Of a stretch of DNA of 64,000 nucleotides, positions 53,362-64,000 are shown piece by piece. The position numbers were made by a program, and so were the translations under genes. The DNA lies in assembly GCA_965198115.1 (NCBI GenBank), contig OZ240241.1, forward strand, positions 1,952,001-2,016,000, given 5' to 3'. Under the pieces are notes generated by a model. That model was not told where the DNA came from, searched no databases, and was given only the letters and a program-made list of their open reading frames with translations. Position 1 is the first letter of the stretch, and each line of letters opens with the position of its first letter. Origin of the DNA: Candidatus Latescibacterota bacterium (GTDB lineage Bacteria > Latescibacterota > UBA2968).

Positions 53362-55409
53362 CCGACCGCCAGAGCATCGGCGAGGTCTGCAGCTCGATGG
53401 AGAGGCAGCGAGCAGACACGATCGCGGCAAACATACGCCGTCGCCTTCCCGTCGACCAGAACGCGATCTTTGGTGATCGCCAGCGCCTGGCCATCGTCGG
53501 GTGACGTCCGCGCCACGACCAGGTTGGGCACGAACGTGCGCCATCCGGTTTGAACGAGCGTCTCCAGGTCGGGGTCGCCGGGCTCCCCGACGCACACCAG
53601 TTCGGTCGGGCCCTTTAGGACGAAGTCCGCAGCCATCAGCATCTGGCCGAACCCGGAAGGCATTTCTCGCAAGAACGGAAGGAAGAGACGGACCGTCGAT
53701 TCGGCCAGATCTGCCCACTCGGATCTTCCGGTCAGGGTCGCCAACCTGAGCAGGGCTGTAGCCGCAACCGCATTCCCCGACGGGGTCGCGTTGTCGTAAG
53801 GATTCTTCGATCGCACGATCAGGGCCTCGTGATCCCTCCCCGTATAAAAAAATCCGCCGTCGGCATCGTCCCAGAACTGGTCCACCATCACGTCGACGAG
53901 GTCACCGGCCTCCTCCAACCATCCTCGCTCGAACGTGGTCTCGTAGAGATCGATCAAGCCGTTGACGACGCACGCGTAATCGTCGTGGTAGCCGTTGAAC
54001 CGGGGGCGACCATCCTGGTAGACGTGCCACAGTCGGCCATCGTCCTGGCGCATCTCGTCCAAGATGAAGCGGGCGGCTTTCGATGCCGCCTCGTCGAATC
54101 GCGAATGACCGAACACGCGTCCCGCGACCGCCATCGCAGAGATCATCAGGCCGTTCCAGTTGGCCAGAACCTTGTCGTCGCGGTCGGGTGCCACACGTTG
54201 GCTTCGCGCATCGAACATGGCATTCCGCCCTCTGTCGAGGGTCGCGAGAAGCGATGTCACATCGACCCCCAGGCTGTGGGCGACCGATTCCGGATCCTGC
54301 GGGACATTCAGGATGTTCCGTCCTTCGAAGTTCCCCGACGGCGTCACGTCGTAGTAGGCGCACAGCGCGCCCGCTTCCTCTGAACCCACGACAGCTTCCA
54401 CCTCTTCCAGCGTCCATACGAAGAACTTCCCCTCCTCCCCTTCGCTGTCGGCATCCTGCGTGGCGTAGAAGCTCCCCTGCGGAGAGGTCATTTCTCGCAA
54501 AACGTAGACGAGCGTCTCGACGGCGATTCGCTCGTAGAGAGCGTGCCGCGTCACACCGTAGGCCCGGGTATACAGCCTGGACAGAAGCGCGTTGTCGTAG
54601 AGCATTTTCTCAAAGTGCGGAACCAGCCACCGATGGTCGACCGAATAGCGGTGGAAACCGCCTCCCAGCTGATCGTAAATCCCTCCCGTCGCCATCCTGT
54701 CGAGCGTCAGCGTAACGCAGTTGAGGACGTCGGTATCCCCAGTATGGACGTGATGCCGCAACAGCAGGTCCAGATTCATGGTATTCGGAAACTTCGGCTG
54801 TGTCCCGAAGCCACCGAAACGGTCGTCGACGTTCTGTGACAGCTTTACGGCGGCTCGCTCCACCAGGTCGGATTCCAACCCCTCCTCCGACGCCGAGAGG
54901 CGCCCGAGTCGCTCCAGCCCCTCGATCATTCGGCCGCTCGCCCTGCTCACATCTTCACGTTTCTCCCGGTAGGTGGTCGCGATGCTCTCCAGAACCTGTC
55001 CGAATCCGGGTCGACCATAGCGGCTCTCCGGTGGGAAGTATGTGCCTCCATAAAAGGGCTCAGCATCCGGCGTCAAAAACACCGACATGGGCCAACCGCC
55101 CTGCTGGGTCATCAACTGAACCGCATTCATGTAGATCTCGTCGACGTCGGGTCGTTCCTCGCGGTCGACTTTAATGTTCACGAAATGGGCATTCATACTC
55201 TTAGCGATCGCCTCGTTTTCGAACGACTCGTGCGCCATGACGTGACACCAGTGACAGGCCGAATACCCGACACTCAGGAAAATCGGCTTGTCCTGTTGGC
55301 GAGCGGTTTCGAAGGCTTCCTCTCCCCACGGATACCAGTCTACGGGGTTGTCTGCGTGTTGAAGGAGGTAGGGGCTCGTTTCTTCGCCGAGCCTGTTCGT
55401 AGTGAGCAC
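53355..55409 (-). CDS. Thioredoxin-domain YyaL/SSP411 family protein
   Basis: [49 protein letters not shown]. Confidence 0.95.
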   Translation of the reverse strand: MLTTNRLGEETSPYLLQHADNPVDWYPWGEEAFETARQQDKPIFLSVGYSACHWCHVMAHESFENEAIAKSMNAHFVNIKVDREERPDVDEIYMNAVQLMTQQGGWPMSVFLTPDAEPFYGGTYFPPESRYGRPGFGQVLESIATTYREKREDVSRASGRMIEGLERLGRLSASEEGLESDLVERAAVKLSQNVDDRFGGFGTQPKFPNTMNLDLLLRHHVHTGDTDVLNCVTLTLDRMATGGIYDQLGGGFHRYSVDHRWLVPHFEKMLYDNALLSRLYTRAYGVTRHALYERIAVETLVYVLREMTSPQGSFYATQDADSEGEEGKFFVWTLEEVEAVVGSEEAGALCAYYDVTPSGNFEGRNILNVPQDPESVAHSLGVDVTSLLATLDRGRNAMFDARSQRVAPDRDDKVLANWNGLMISAMAVAGRVFGHSRFDEAASKAARFILDEMRQDDGRLWHVYQDGRPRFNGYHDDYACVVNGLIDLYETTFERGWLEEAGDLVDVMVDQFWDDADGGFFYTGRDHEALIVRSKNPYDNATPSGNAVAATALLRLATLTGRSEWADLAESTVRLFLPFLREMPSGFGQMLMAADFVLKGPTELVCVGEPGDPDLETLVQTGWRTFVPNLVVARTSPDDGQALAITKDRVLVDGKATAYVCRDRVCSLPLHRAADLADALAVGQ

Positions 55410-55420
55410 CTGCGACCTCG

Positions 55421-56794
55421 CTAACGGAAGCTGAGCGTCGTACGGATCGGACGCCCCGGCATGATCTTCTTGAGCCGACCTGCGCCCCACGCATCCCAGC
55501 GATCCGACCACGTAAAGATGTCACCCGTGGGCCGTGTCCGAACGACCCGGCCACCCGGCAGGACACCCTCAATCTGAAGGTTGCCGATCGTGCTCGCCTC
55601 GATGCCGGGCGCATCGATTTCAATCCTGTTGACCAGGTCGAGACGTTCGAGGATGGCTTCGGGAAGATCCATCCTCCTCGGAGCGAACTGAGCCCCGTAG
55701 GGCAGGTCGCCCACCGGTTCCCCGTTCAAACGGACGTGCTTTCCCGGGCGCATGGCATCCCACGCGCAAAACCTCAGGTAGGCTCTTCGCAGGTGCGGGA
55801 TGTCCCGATAAAGGAGTCTGGCGTCGTCGGGATGAGCCATCTCCCAGAGCTGATGGGGGGATCCGGGCTCTCGCCAGGCCACGATCGACTCAACGCCACG
55901 GTTCAGATGGTGCCAGCCGACCTCGACACGGTCCACCTCCACCCGGACCAAAAACCATCCCGGCGCCGTGTTTTCCAGATACCCCGACCACGACCAGAGG
56001 ATGTCATCCTCGTCGACGAGTTTTGCGTGGACCCGATCGAGCGGCGTCGGCAATTCCTCCGGAAGGCCGATCGGCGCTCCCATACACTGCAGCACGGGAT
56101 GGCCGGCCGTCCTTCTAAGAAGGATGCTCTGGTTGTGCGTGTGACCGCAGAAATAGGCATCGATCGGGTATCGTGAGAGCAGTCGGCTCAGGTCGCTCGA
56201 GAACTGCAAGTTCGAGAAGAAGGCTCGGGAGACGGGCCAGACCGGGTGGTGGCCGTGGACGAACAGACGCTTCTCGTCCTTGGCCGATGAAGCCAGAAGG
56301 TCCTCGAACCAGCGTGCCTGCGTGTCGCCTTCTCCCCATGTCGTGGAATCCAGGACCGCGACACGACAACCGCCCACCTCGAAGGCGTAGTAGGATTCCG
56401 ATACGTCCGTCCCCAAAACTCGGCTGACTCGTTCCAGAACAGACGTCTCGTAGAATGGGCTGGGATCGTGATTGCCCCTGGCGAACAGGAGCGGCAATTC
56501 ATAACGCGAGAAAAAACGAATGGCGGATCGAAGTTCCTCTGGCTGAACGTCCACTCCCTGACCTTCAGCCAGATCACCCGTCAACAGAACGAAGGCCGGC
56601 TCAGCCGCACGCAGAGTCTCCATCATGGGGACGAGCGCGTAGTCGACGTTGTCGACATACTTGCTCGCATCGAGGGGTCTTGTCCCGGGGGCCTTCCACG
56701 CGAACTCCCGCTGCGCCAGCTCACCTGAAAAATGAGCGTCTCCTACGACAGCAAACGAAAAAGGCGGTGTGACGGTTTGGAGGGGGGCGTTCAG
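55421..56794 (-). CDS. Calcineurin-like metallophosphoesterase with C-terminal extra domain; probable CTG start
   Basis: GDAH (upstream of the ORF-track start), TGDL, RGNHD, HGHHP, CGHTH. Confidence 0.85.
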   Translation of the reverse strand: MNAPLQTVTPPFSFAVVGDAHFSGELAQREFAWKAPGTRPLDASKYVDNVDYALVPMMETLRAAEPAFVLLTGDLAEGQGVDVQPEELRSAIRFFSRYELPLLFARGNHDPSPFYETSVLERVSRVLGTDVSESYYAFEVGGCRVAVLDSTTWGEGDTQARWFEDLLASSAKDEKRLFVHGHHPVWPVSRAFFSNLQFSSDLSRLLSRYPIDAYFCGHTHNQSILLRRTAGHPVLQCMGAPIGLPEELPTPLDRVHAKLVDEDDILWSWSGYLENTAPGWFLVRVEVDRVEVGWHHLNRGVESIVAWREPGSPHQLWEMAHPDDARLLYRDIPHLRRAYLRFCAWDAMRPGKHVRLNGEPVGDLPYGAQFAPRRMDLPEAILERLDLVNRIEIDAPGIEASTIGNLQIEGVLPGGRVVRTRPTGDIFTWSDRWDAWGAGRLKKIMPGRPIRTTLSFR

Positions 56795-56817
56795 GTGAGG
56801 CTCCGTTGGATTGTGTC

Positions 56818-56846
56818 TTGACGCAACGATACGATCGGATTACTCT
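56818..56846 (+). promoter_or_regulatory. Sigma70-type promoter of FMN reductase gene
   Basis: TTGACG (56818), 17 bp spacer, TACTCT (56841). Confidence 0.65.
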
Positions 56847-56871
56847 CTTGCCCGATCGAAAGGAGGGCACC

Positions 56872-57417
56872 CTGACTGAGCTCCACATCACGATCCTCAG
56901 CTGTAGTCTTTCCGAAAACAGCCGGAGCCGTCTGCTTTGTCGTCACGCCGAAGCGGTTCTGCATTCGGTGCCCTGTCAGACGACCTGGATGGACCTTCGC
57001 GAACATCGTGTGCTCCCGCACGGTATGGACGGTAGCGAGGGGATCGACGAGATCCGGAATGTGTTGGATACCGCGGCCGGAATCCTGATCGGCTTTCCCG
57101 TCTACAATTATACGATGAACAGCAGTTTGAAGACGGTCATTGAACGGTTTGGCCGATCGATGGAAAACAAGATCGTCGGACTGATGATGGCCGCGGGCGG
57201 TCGCGCCAGTTACATGAGCAGCATGGATGTTGCGGCCAGCCTGATGTTCGACTTCCGCACCTGGATCGCCCCCAGATCGGTCTACGCAACCTCCGACGAT
57301 TTCGACGACGATCGAACACGCATCGACAGCGACGAGATCAGGGATCGGGTCGAGGAGCTGTCACTCACGGTCGCGACACGTGCGTGGCAACACGCCCAGC
57401 AAACACCGTTCGGCTAG
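56872..57417 (+). CDS. NADPH-dependent FMN reductase (SsuE/MsuE-like); probable CTG start
   Basis: ILSCSLSENSRSR, FPVYNY..NSSLK, AAGGRASYMS; AAGGAGG 5 nt before CTG. Confidence 0.85.
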   Translation: MTELHITILSCSLSENSRSRLLCRHAEAVLHSVPCQTTWMDLREHRVLPHGMDGSEGIDEIRNVLDTAAGILIGFPVYNYTMNSSLKTVIERFGRSMENKIVGLMMAAGGRASYMSSMDVAASLMFDFRTWIAPRSVYATSDDFDDDRTRIDSDEIRDRVEELSLTVATRAWQHAQQTPFG

Positions 57418-57437
57418 ACGACATCCACATGAATATG

Positions 57438-57472
57438 AAAACTGCCCGGGCGAGGCCTTCCTGCCCGGGCAG
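57438..57472 (-). terminator. Hairpin terminator between convergent genes
   Basis: CTGCCCGGGC...GCCCGGGCAG 10-bp stem, TTTT on minus strand. Confidence 0.6.
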
Positions 57473-57498
57473 CTCCTGTTTAAACGTGTTCTGGTCGA

Positions 57499-59538
57499 TC
57501 AGAAAGCCACCGACGAGACGGCCTTCGAGATCAGGGCGATCGACACCGACGTCATGCCGATGAGTCCCATCCCACACGAATACCCCGCCAGGAGGATGGG
57601 AGTGTAGGCCTTCCACTTGGCCTCCCCGAATCGCTTCATAAAGTAATGACGCCCGAGCAGGGCACCGATGAACTGAAGCAGAATCAGATGGGGGAACTGA
57701 GACAGGGATCCGACAAACCCGAAGAAGATCAGCGTCGGGGCTTTGAGCGCCGCCAGAACGGCGTAGAACGCGCTGCCCGCGATGAAGCCCGAAACGACTA
57801 GCTCCCACTTGATGATCTCTTTGAGGAGACTTACCCCCACCGCGCCGCTGCTCGCGTCACCCGGAAGAGTCGACTTGAGCCAGAGCGTCTGCATCGTCGC
57901 ATCGAACGGCCAAAGCAGCTGGACGTAAGGATAGGTGCTCGACGGAATCGGTTCGAGACGCCATATGAATTCCCAGAACAGGAAGCTGCACCCGAACACG
58001 ACGATCGACGTGACGACCGTGAGCTTCACGTAGCTCACGAACTTGGTCTTCGTCAACTCGAGCTGCTTGTAGGTTCTGACGGCGGTCCCGTGGTCGTGAA
58101 TCGGCAGCGGGGCGAACCACGCGGCGATACCCTCGTAGCCGGAGAGGATGATGGCCGCCTGCCGCAGGTAGGGTATCGACGCGCCGTAGGGCGATCCGGT
58201 CAACCCGATCATGCGCGCCCCGATGTAGGACGAGATCGGCGTGTAGACAAAACCGAAGAAGGCCAGCCATCCCCAGTGGAACTCGGGAACCAGCACCTGG
58301 CAAAGAATGACGAACCCGATCGTCGCCACCGCCCAGAAAGACAATGCCCAGACCATCGGCACGTCGCCTCGACCCTCGGGCAATTCCTCGACGATGGCCC
58401 CAGACCTTCCCTCGGCCTGTTCCCGCTTCCGATGCTGGTACATGGCCCGGCCGGCGGTCAGGAACCCTGTTGCGGCAATCACGAGCGACAGACCGATGCT
58501 GAAGCTGAGCCAGAAATCGAACTCGTTTGAAATGCGCGCCGGGACCGCCGTCATCCCCGGCGACCAGCGCTGCAGGACGCCGACGTTGTAGAGGACAGGG
58601 TTGATCACCAGATTGCCCACGATCGACCCGACGGCCGACCCAAACACAACGTAGTACGGCAGCACGAACCCGATGAAAACGTGAATCAGGTCGGTGCCGA
58701 TGCCGAACACGGCGGCGGGCAGGATGCTCTTGATCTCGCTCGTAAAGTCGATGAACGGGATCGGCAGAATCTCGATCTTCTCCGTCAGGAAGACGCCCGA
58801 GAGCGTCGGCACCACGATGTAGAGAAGTCCCCAGACCATGCCGATGCAGGTCCCGGTCGAGAACACCCGCCAGCGCCACCCCTCCTGCTTCGATGATGTT
58901 TCCGCCAGAGCCGTGGCGCCGCGCGCTTGCACGGGAGCCATCGGGAACGGCAGCTTTTCGATATCGCTCGTCACGCGGAACGTCACGTAGCCCAGTGAGA
59001 GCCGCGCCGCCTGCGAAAGGACGGTCACGAGGAACAGGATGGCGACTGGCTTGATCCACACACTGTCGACGAACGTGCGGGCCGCATAAACGCCGGAGCT
59101 GAGGGGCGGCACGAACCAGTCGGGCATGTACTTGTCGAGCCCCTCGGCGGCCGGCGATTGGATCAGATACTGATCCCAAATTAGCCCACCGAAAGGTCCT
59201 CCGTAGACGTGGGGACCGCCACCGAGCTTGACCCCGACGCTCAGCAGGAAACCCGCAACCCAGTAGATGACGATCAGTTCCTGCGTCTTCAGCCTGACGA
59301 ACGAGCGCTTGGCGATCTCCAAAAACAGGATGATCGTTACCCATTCCGACGCCCCAGCCATGTTACCGCCCGTCACGAGACCCAGGTAGATCGCGCCCGG
59401 AAGCATGACGAGCCCTACGAAGAAGACCGCCCAGATCGTCTTCATGTTGAAGCCGTCTTCATACGGGGCATCGGGCGGCATGATGTGCTCGTACTGTTGC
59501 TCTTCTTCTCTGGCTTCCTCGTCTGGATCAGTTGCCAC
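57499..59538 (-). CDS. OPT-superfamily-like polytopic transporter (679 aa)
   Basis: More than 14 predicted hydrophobic segments, D.EKLPFPMAP motif, PIPSSTYPY.Q..W. Confidence 0.7.
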   Translation of the reverse strand: MATDPDEEAREEEQQYEHIMPPDAPYEDGFNMKTIWAVFFVGLVMLPGAIYLGLVTGGNMAGASEWVTIILFLEIAKRSFVRLKTQELIVIYWVAGFLLSVGVKLGGGPHVYGGPFGGLIWDQYLIQSPAAEGLDKYMPDWFVPPLSSGVYAARTFVDSVWIKPVAILFLVTVLSQAARLSLGYVTFRVTSDIEKLPFPMAPVQARGATALAETSSKQEGWRWRVFSTGTCIGMVWGLLYIVVPTLSGVFLTEKIEILPIPFIDFTSEIKSILPAAVFGIGTDLIHVFIGFVLPYYVVFGSAVGSIVGNLVINPVLYNVGVLQRWSPGMTAVPARISNEFDFWLSFSIGLSLVIAATGFLTAGRAMYQHRKREQAEGRSGAIVEELPEGRGDVPMVWALSFWAVATIGFVILCQVLVPEFHWGWLAFFGFVYTPISSYIGARMIGLTGSPYGASIPYLRQAAIILSGYEGIAAWFAPLPIHDHGTAVRTYKQLELTKTKFVSYVKLTVVTSIVVFGCSFLFWEFIWRLEPIPSSTYPYVQLLWPFDATMQTLWLKSTLPGDASSGAVGVSLLKEIIKWELVVSGFIAGSAFYAVLAALKAPTLIFFGFVGSLSQFPHLILLQFIGALLGRHYFMKRFGEAKWKAYTPILLAGYSCGMGLIGMTSVSIALISKAVSSVAF

Positions 59539-59570
59539 TGATGTCCCTCCGAATCGTCTTTGCGAATTTG

Positions 59571-62500
59571 TTAGGCCGTTGTCTCGACCGTCTCTCCGGC
59601 AAGGATCTGACTGCCCTCTTCCGCGTAGTTATGCTTCAGGTCACCCGGGATCGTCCTCCACACGAGGAAGCGCTTCCTGAGGGCGTTCAAGAACCCTCGA
59701 TTGATCCGCTTCCACGACGCCACATCTCCGCTCAGTCGGTTGATGACGACCTCGATGCGATAGATGTTGTGCTCGCCCTCGGGGATCGCCTTCAACTCGA
59801 CATTCTGACTGATGCCCAGATCGTAGGGTGCGAGCCAAGCCGTCAGGTGGATTTCGAACTGCGGTTCTCCCTGCACATCCTGGGATGTGAATTCGATGTT
59901 GTCGGCCACGAAGTCGCCGACCGAACCTTCGCCATAAGACTGGAAAACTCGAGTGAGGTAAGTGTACATCCCCAAAACCTCCCCACCACCGACCGTGAAC
60001 GGGAAGTCGAACACCCATCGGTCGCCATCGGGTTCCGGGAATTCCCATTTTCGCGTCACATCGGGCACTGCCATGTCGGCAGCCTTTTTGGCCGGATAGA
60101 GTGTCGACAAGAAAACGGTCGCCATGACGATCAACGTCGCCGAAATGGCTGATAGCGACGAGTAGTTCAGCTCGAGTCCGCCGAGCAGGCCCCGCTCGAA
60201 CAACACCAGGACGAGGACCTGTCCGATCAGGTACCCGAACACGGCACCGAGCGTCGCGAACACACCGGCCTCGGCGAGGAACAGCGCCGAGATGTGGTTG
60301 GGCGCCAGCCCGACCGCCGAATAGATGCCGATTTCCCGGAAACGTTCGTAGACCGCGCCCATCATCGTGTTCAGGACGATCAACGCGGCGATGAGAATCG
60401 GGACGAACAGGCTTCCCAACCCCGAAAGGCTCGTCGAACCGATCGAGCTGTAGACAGTCACGCCTTCTTCATAGCCCACGAACATCGTCAGCGAGACGCG
60501 GGCCATGAACGCCTCGATGTCGGGCACGAAATTGGCCTTGGGTGCTCCGCTCTCATCCTGGAAATCGGAGATCGCAACGGAGTTGAGCGTCCCCCCGACA
60601 TCCTGCACGAACTCGTAGGGTACGATAAACGTGTTCGTCGACTCCAAATGCGTGAACGTTTCGATCGGCGCAGCCGCCACCACCCTCGGGTCCTGATCCT
60701 GCGCGTCGGCCAGGTCGTCCTTTTCTTTGACCGTGTCGACCGGCGTCAGCTTTTCGTCGTCGAGATCCTTGAACTTGTTCAATCCGTCGGAGTCGATGAT
60801 TCCGATGACGGTGAAGACCTGCCCCATGACTTTGATCCGTGCGGTCCCCACGTCTTCGGGGTAGATGCTGACCAGCTCCGCCAGGTCGTGCGGCAGAATG
60901 CAGACGAATTCTTCTCCCGGCTCGAACCATCTTCCCGAAACTAGATGTTGATCGATGTCGGTGACTTTGGGTTCGTCGGGTGTTAAACCCATCACGGCGT
61001 TCACAAAGCTGTCCTTACCCGTCGTCAGCCCCACGTCGAAGTCGATATACGTCGCACGGCTCATGGGAGGCGCCGACGCCTCCGTGGTCCGTTCGAAGTT
61101 CACGTAGGCCCGCTCGCCGCGCACCTGCGACATGTACCACGCACGCGGCACGACCGTCGCTCGACCCACGAACTCGCTCCTCAAGTAATCGAGGACCGAC
61201 TCCTGCATGCCCCGCCACGCGCGATCTCTGACGAGAACACCCTGGTAGGACGGCTTGTTGTCCCTCGGCAGCTTGTAGAACTGTAGCGATGTCTGGACCG
61301 ACGTGAAGGAAAGCGTGGTGAACGTAAGGAGTGTCAGCGTAACCGCCGTGAGCCCCGTTCGGAGAGGGCGTTTTCGAAGGTTCGAGATACCGAGCGTGAC
61401 CGCGGCAGCCGTCGCGCTCAAACGCCCGACATCGGCCTCGTACATGCCCGCCGCAGCAGCTTTCATCTTCCGAACCTCCTGGCCGAACTTCGAAACCACG
61501 ATCACCATGGCCACGCCACCGAGAGCCATGATCACAAAAGCGAGGAAGATGATGTAAGGCGAGTTGCTCAGCTTGAAGGCGGGATGGACGAATCGGAGGA
61601 TCAGGAAGAAGAGGAAGAAGAACCCCGCAAAACCGAACAGCCGTCGAGTGATGTCGGGGAACCCGAACAGAAGCCGCTCGCAGAAGAAGGAGAAGGGCAG
61701 CAACAGGATGAAATAGAAGATGATGCCGCGAACGGTGTCGTTGGCCGTCGCCATCACCTCAGGATACCCGCGTGCCTCCAGCCCCCAGGCGCGTCGTGCG
61801 GCCTCCATGAAACCTTCGTAGTCGTAGTCCTTCAGCCGTTCGTTCGCCTGGCGTAACGCGTCTCTCGCACGTGTGTGGAACATCGTCAACCGCTGGTTCT
61901 CGATCCCGTATTGTGCAAGCTGTTTCATCCGGACGTCGTCGACCACCCACATATCTTTGGCCGCTTCGAACGACGGTCTGAAGATCACGCCGCTCGTGTG
62001 GCCGGTACCACGCGCCCGCTTCTTCAGTTCTTCGTCGACGTCCCATTTGTCGATCGGCCGCTCCAACAGATCCATCGGCGCGTTCAGCAGCAGGTACTTC
62101 ACACCGAACAGCCCCGTGCTCATCAGGATCTTGAGCGGGTCGGTGCCCTCCAACTCCGGCACGTATTTGGCGAAGGCCACACCCGCGCGTGTCACATCGC
62201 CTTCCAATGTGCTCTGTGCCTTGACGTAAGAGAAGCTGAACTCGAGGGGTGTGACGTCGTCCTCGTTCAAGATCTGCATTTTGTCGAGCGCGGTCAGGTA
62301 ACTGGAGTCGATAATCTCGAACACGCTCAGCGACCGGCTCTCGAACACCACTTCCATCATCTCGTTCTCCCACCATCCGTACTTCTGGAGGGTCGGGAAC
62401 TTGGACTTCGAGTTCGATGCACCCCCGCTGTCGCCCTCGGTTCCAAAATCGGGGGCGTAGGAGATGTGGCCGTCTTCGTCGAAATCGTAGGCCAGGACCG

Positions 62501-64000
62501 CATTGCTGAACCGATTGACCATAATCTGGAAGTCGAACCAACCCGTGCGGGCGACCTGGTCGGCCGGGCCGAACTCAGCTCCACTCCCAAAGCGTGCTTC
62601 GTAGGTCGGTCCGATCGTGGCCTTGTCGACGACCAGCGTACGAACGCCGGCTGCGCTGTTCGTGGGACCGATCTGCTGGTAGGTTACGAGCGCGCCCGAA
62701 ATGGGCACCCTCGGAAGTGCGAAGTCGATGTTCCTGTCGTACTTGACGATGCGGCCCTTGAGGGAATGTCCTCTGTCCTGAAGCTTCAGCTTCGAAACAC
62801 GAAAGAAGTCCGGGTCCTCGACCGCCTTGAGGAAGGCGCCCGCCAGCGTCTGTGTCTGGCGTGTCACGTTGGCGACGCTCAGATTGTTCAGATTATCCAA
62901 CGGCGTATCGACAAGACGACGGCTCGTCGACGGTGCGGCGACCGTAATACCTTCCTTTCCCACGAGTGTGACCATCTCGCTGTCGAACCCGAGACGGACG
63001 GGCATGAAGTTCTTCCACGTGCGCTTGGGGGGTGCGATGGCATCGATGTGGCGAACTTCGTCGGGGAAGACACGAGCGAGGTAGGCGTCGAATTTGTCGG
63101 CGTAGGGAGCCAGCAGGTTGTTCAGGTAGTTGTCCGTCAGCCAGGTGTTGTTGTTGAACGTGCCGTGTGAAAAACTGGCGATCTGGTCCGACTCGCTCGA
63201 CAGATCGAGTCCCACGAACAGACGAAAATCGACCTTTTCGCTGTCGGGAATCCGCTCCCGGAAGAACTCGCTCTCGCGCGAGTGCTTATAGAGAAAGTCG
63301 AGAACACCCCTGAGGCTCTGGAAGTGCGACCCTGTCGCGAGGAATTTCACAGTGTACTTGGGTGGGTGGTTCTTGAGGACCTCCGCCAGGTGCAGCATCG
63401 CCGTGATCCCTGTTGCGTTCTCGGCGCCCGGCGCCCGTGCGGGAACGACCGAAATCGCATCGTAGAAAGAGCTGACGACGACGATCTGATCTTTCCACTT
63501 ACGCTCCTGACGTTCCGTAATGTAGCCGTCGACGCCCGGAATCGTCGCGATCAGGTTCCACGAGGGAACCTCCTCCCAGGTCATCTTGGAACGCAACGTA
63601 ACCGTCGCTCCGTCCTTCGATAGCGCCAGCAGACGCTTGGCCGGGCCGTCGTCGACCCAAAAGCGCGGCAGGTCGGCCGGAACAAGCAGGAACTTGTCGG
63701 ACGCCTCCTGCCGCGTGACACGACCGTTATCGTAGAAGATCACGGCCGACGCACCAAGCATCCGGGGATTGAAATAGTTCTGCCCACAATCGAAGTCGAG
63801 CAGCACGATGCTGCCCTGCATGGGCTTGCCGCCGAGTTCCTGAAACGAGCCCTTGCCGCCATAGACGATCGGTCCTTCGATCCCCCCGCGGGGTACCGAC
63901 GGCGTCTGCACGTGGTTGGGCCACAGCCCGTGAACCTCGACCACTTCGCCACTGACTTCAACGGTCACCGATGCGCCGTGGTCGATGGGCACCGTGACGT
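59571..64000 (-). CDS. Giant PA + degenerate M28 peptidase-like + MacB/FtsX permease fusion (>1473 aa, 5' end outside window)
   Basis: PA-like GPIVYGGKG..GSIVL; M28-like SSFYDA...PGAEN.TG; FtsX LNTMMGAVYERFREIGIYSAVGLAP; frame open to window edge. Confidence 0.8.
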   Translation of the reverse strand, partial: VTVPIDHGASVTVEVSGEVVEVHGLWPNHVQTPSVPRGGIEGPIVYGGKGSFQELGGKPMQGSIVLLDFDCGQNYFNPRMLGASAVIFYDNGRVTRQEASDKFLLVPADLPRFWVDDGPAKRLLALSKDGATVTLRSKMTWEEVPSWNLIATIPGVDGYITERQERKWKDQIVVVSSFYDAISVVPARAPGAENATGITAMLHLAEVLKNHPPKYTVKFLATGSHFQSLRGVLDFLYKHSRESEFFRERIPDSEKVDFRLFVGLDLSSESDQIASFSHGTFNNNTWLTDNYLNNLLAPYADKFDAYLARVFPDEVRHIDAIAPPKRTWKNFMPVRLGFDSEMVTLVGKEGITVAAPSTSRRLVDTPLDNLNNLSVANVTRQTQTLAGAFLKAVEDPDFFRVSKLKLQDRGHSLKGRIVKYDRNIDFALPRVPISGALVTYQQIGPTNSAAGVRTLVVDKATIGPTYEARFGSGAEFGPADQVARTGWFDFQIMVNRFSNAVLAYDFDEDGHISYAPDFGTEGDSGGASNSKSKFPTLQKYGWWENEMMEVVFESRSLSVFEIIDSSYLTALDKMQILNEDDVTPLEFSFSYVKAQSTLEGDVTRAGVAFAKYVPELEGTDPLKILMSTGLFGVKYLLLNAPMDLLERPIDKWDVDEELKKRARGTGHTSGVIFRPSFEAAKDMWVVDDVRMKQLAQYGIENQRLTMFHTRARDALRQANERLKDYDYEGFMEAARRAWGLEARGYPEVMATANDTVRGIIFYFILLLPFSFFCERLLFGFPDITRRLFGFAGFFFLFFLILRFVHPAFKLSNSPYIIFLAFVIMALGGVAMVIVVSKFGQEVRKMKAAAAGMYEADVGRLSATAAAVTLGISNLRKRPLRTGLTAVTLTLLTFTTLSFTSVQTSLQFYKLPRDNKPSYQGVLVRDRAWRGMQESVLDYLRSEFVGRATVVPRAWYMSQVRGERAYVNFERTTEASAPPMSRATYIDFDVGLTTGKDSFVNAVMGLTPDEPKVTDIDQHLVSGRWFEPGEEFVCILPHDLAELVSIYPEDVGTARIKVMGQVFTVIGIIDSDGLNKFKDLDDEKLTPVDTVKEKDDLADAQDQDPRVVAAAPIETFTHLESTNTFIVPYEFVQDVGGTLNSVAISDFQDESGAPKANFVPDIEAFMARVSLTMFVGYEEGVTVYSSIGSTSLSGLGSLFVPILIAALIVLNTMMGAVYERFREIGIYSAVGLAPNHISALFLAEAGVFATLGAVFGYLIGQVLVLVLFERGLLGGLELNYSSLSAISATLIVMATVFLSTLYPAKKAADMAVPDVTRKWEFPEPDGDRWVFDFPFTVGGGEVLGMYTYLTRVFQSYGEGSVGDFVADNIEFTSQDVQGEPQFEIHLTAWLAPYDLGISQNVELKAIPEGEHNIYRIEVVINRLSGDVASWKRINRGFLNALRKRFLVWRTIPGDLKHNYAEEGSQILAGETVETTA

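Overview
GC-rich bacterial chromosome segment. Gene content suggests a diderm of the FCB superphylum, possibly Latescibacterota-like (inference only). Positions 1-22.4 kb (minus strand) hold the core cluster tRNA-Tyr/Gly/Thr/Trp, secE-nusG-rplKAJL-rpoBC-rpsLG-fusA-tuf and the S10 operon as far as the start of rplN. An internally deleted IS630-family element sits between fusA and tuf. Next come a sugar-phosphate isomerase/epimerase, a PAS histidine kinase split by an 820-bp transposase-less TGT...ACA element (45-bp TIRs, 7-bp TSD), and a frameshifted TPR lipoprotein/outer-membrane barrel pair. These are followed by a plant-like threonine synthase and cystathionine gamma-synthase pair with a SAM-II riboswitch and attenuator, a MoxR-DUF58-BatABCDE operon, and a membrane-anchored ParA/MinD-like ATPase. 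The last part has GT87, a K+ channel, DUF1854, a CdaZ-type diadenylate cyclase, kptA, dnaB, UDG, coaBC, rpoZ, gmk, yicC, DUF151, YyaL, a metallophosphoesterase, an FMN reductase, an OPT-like transporter and a giant degenerate-M28/FtsX fusion running off the window. Three genes appear to start at CTG. All calls come from motif recognition by eye; no database searches were run.
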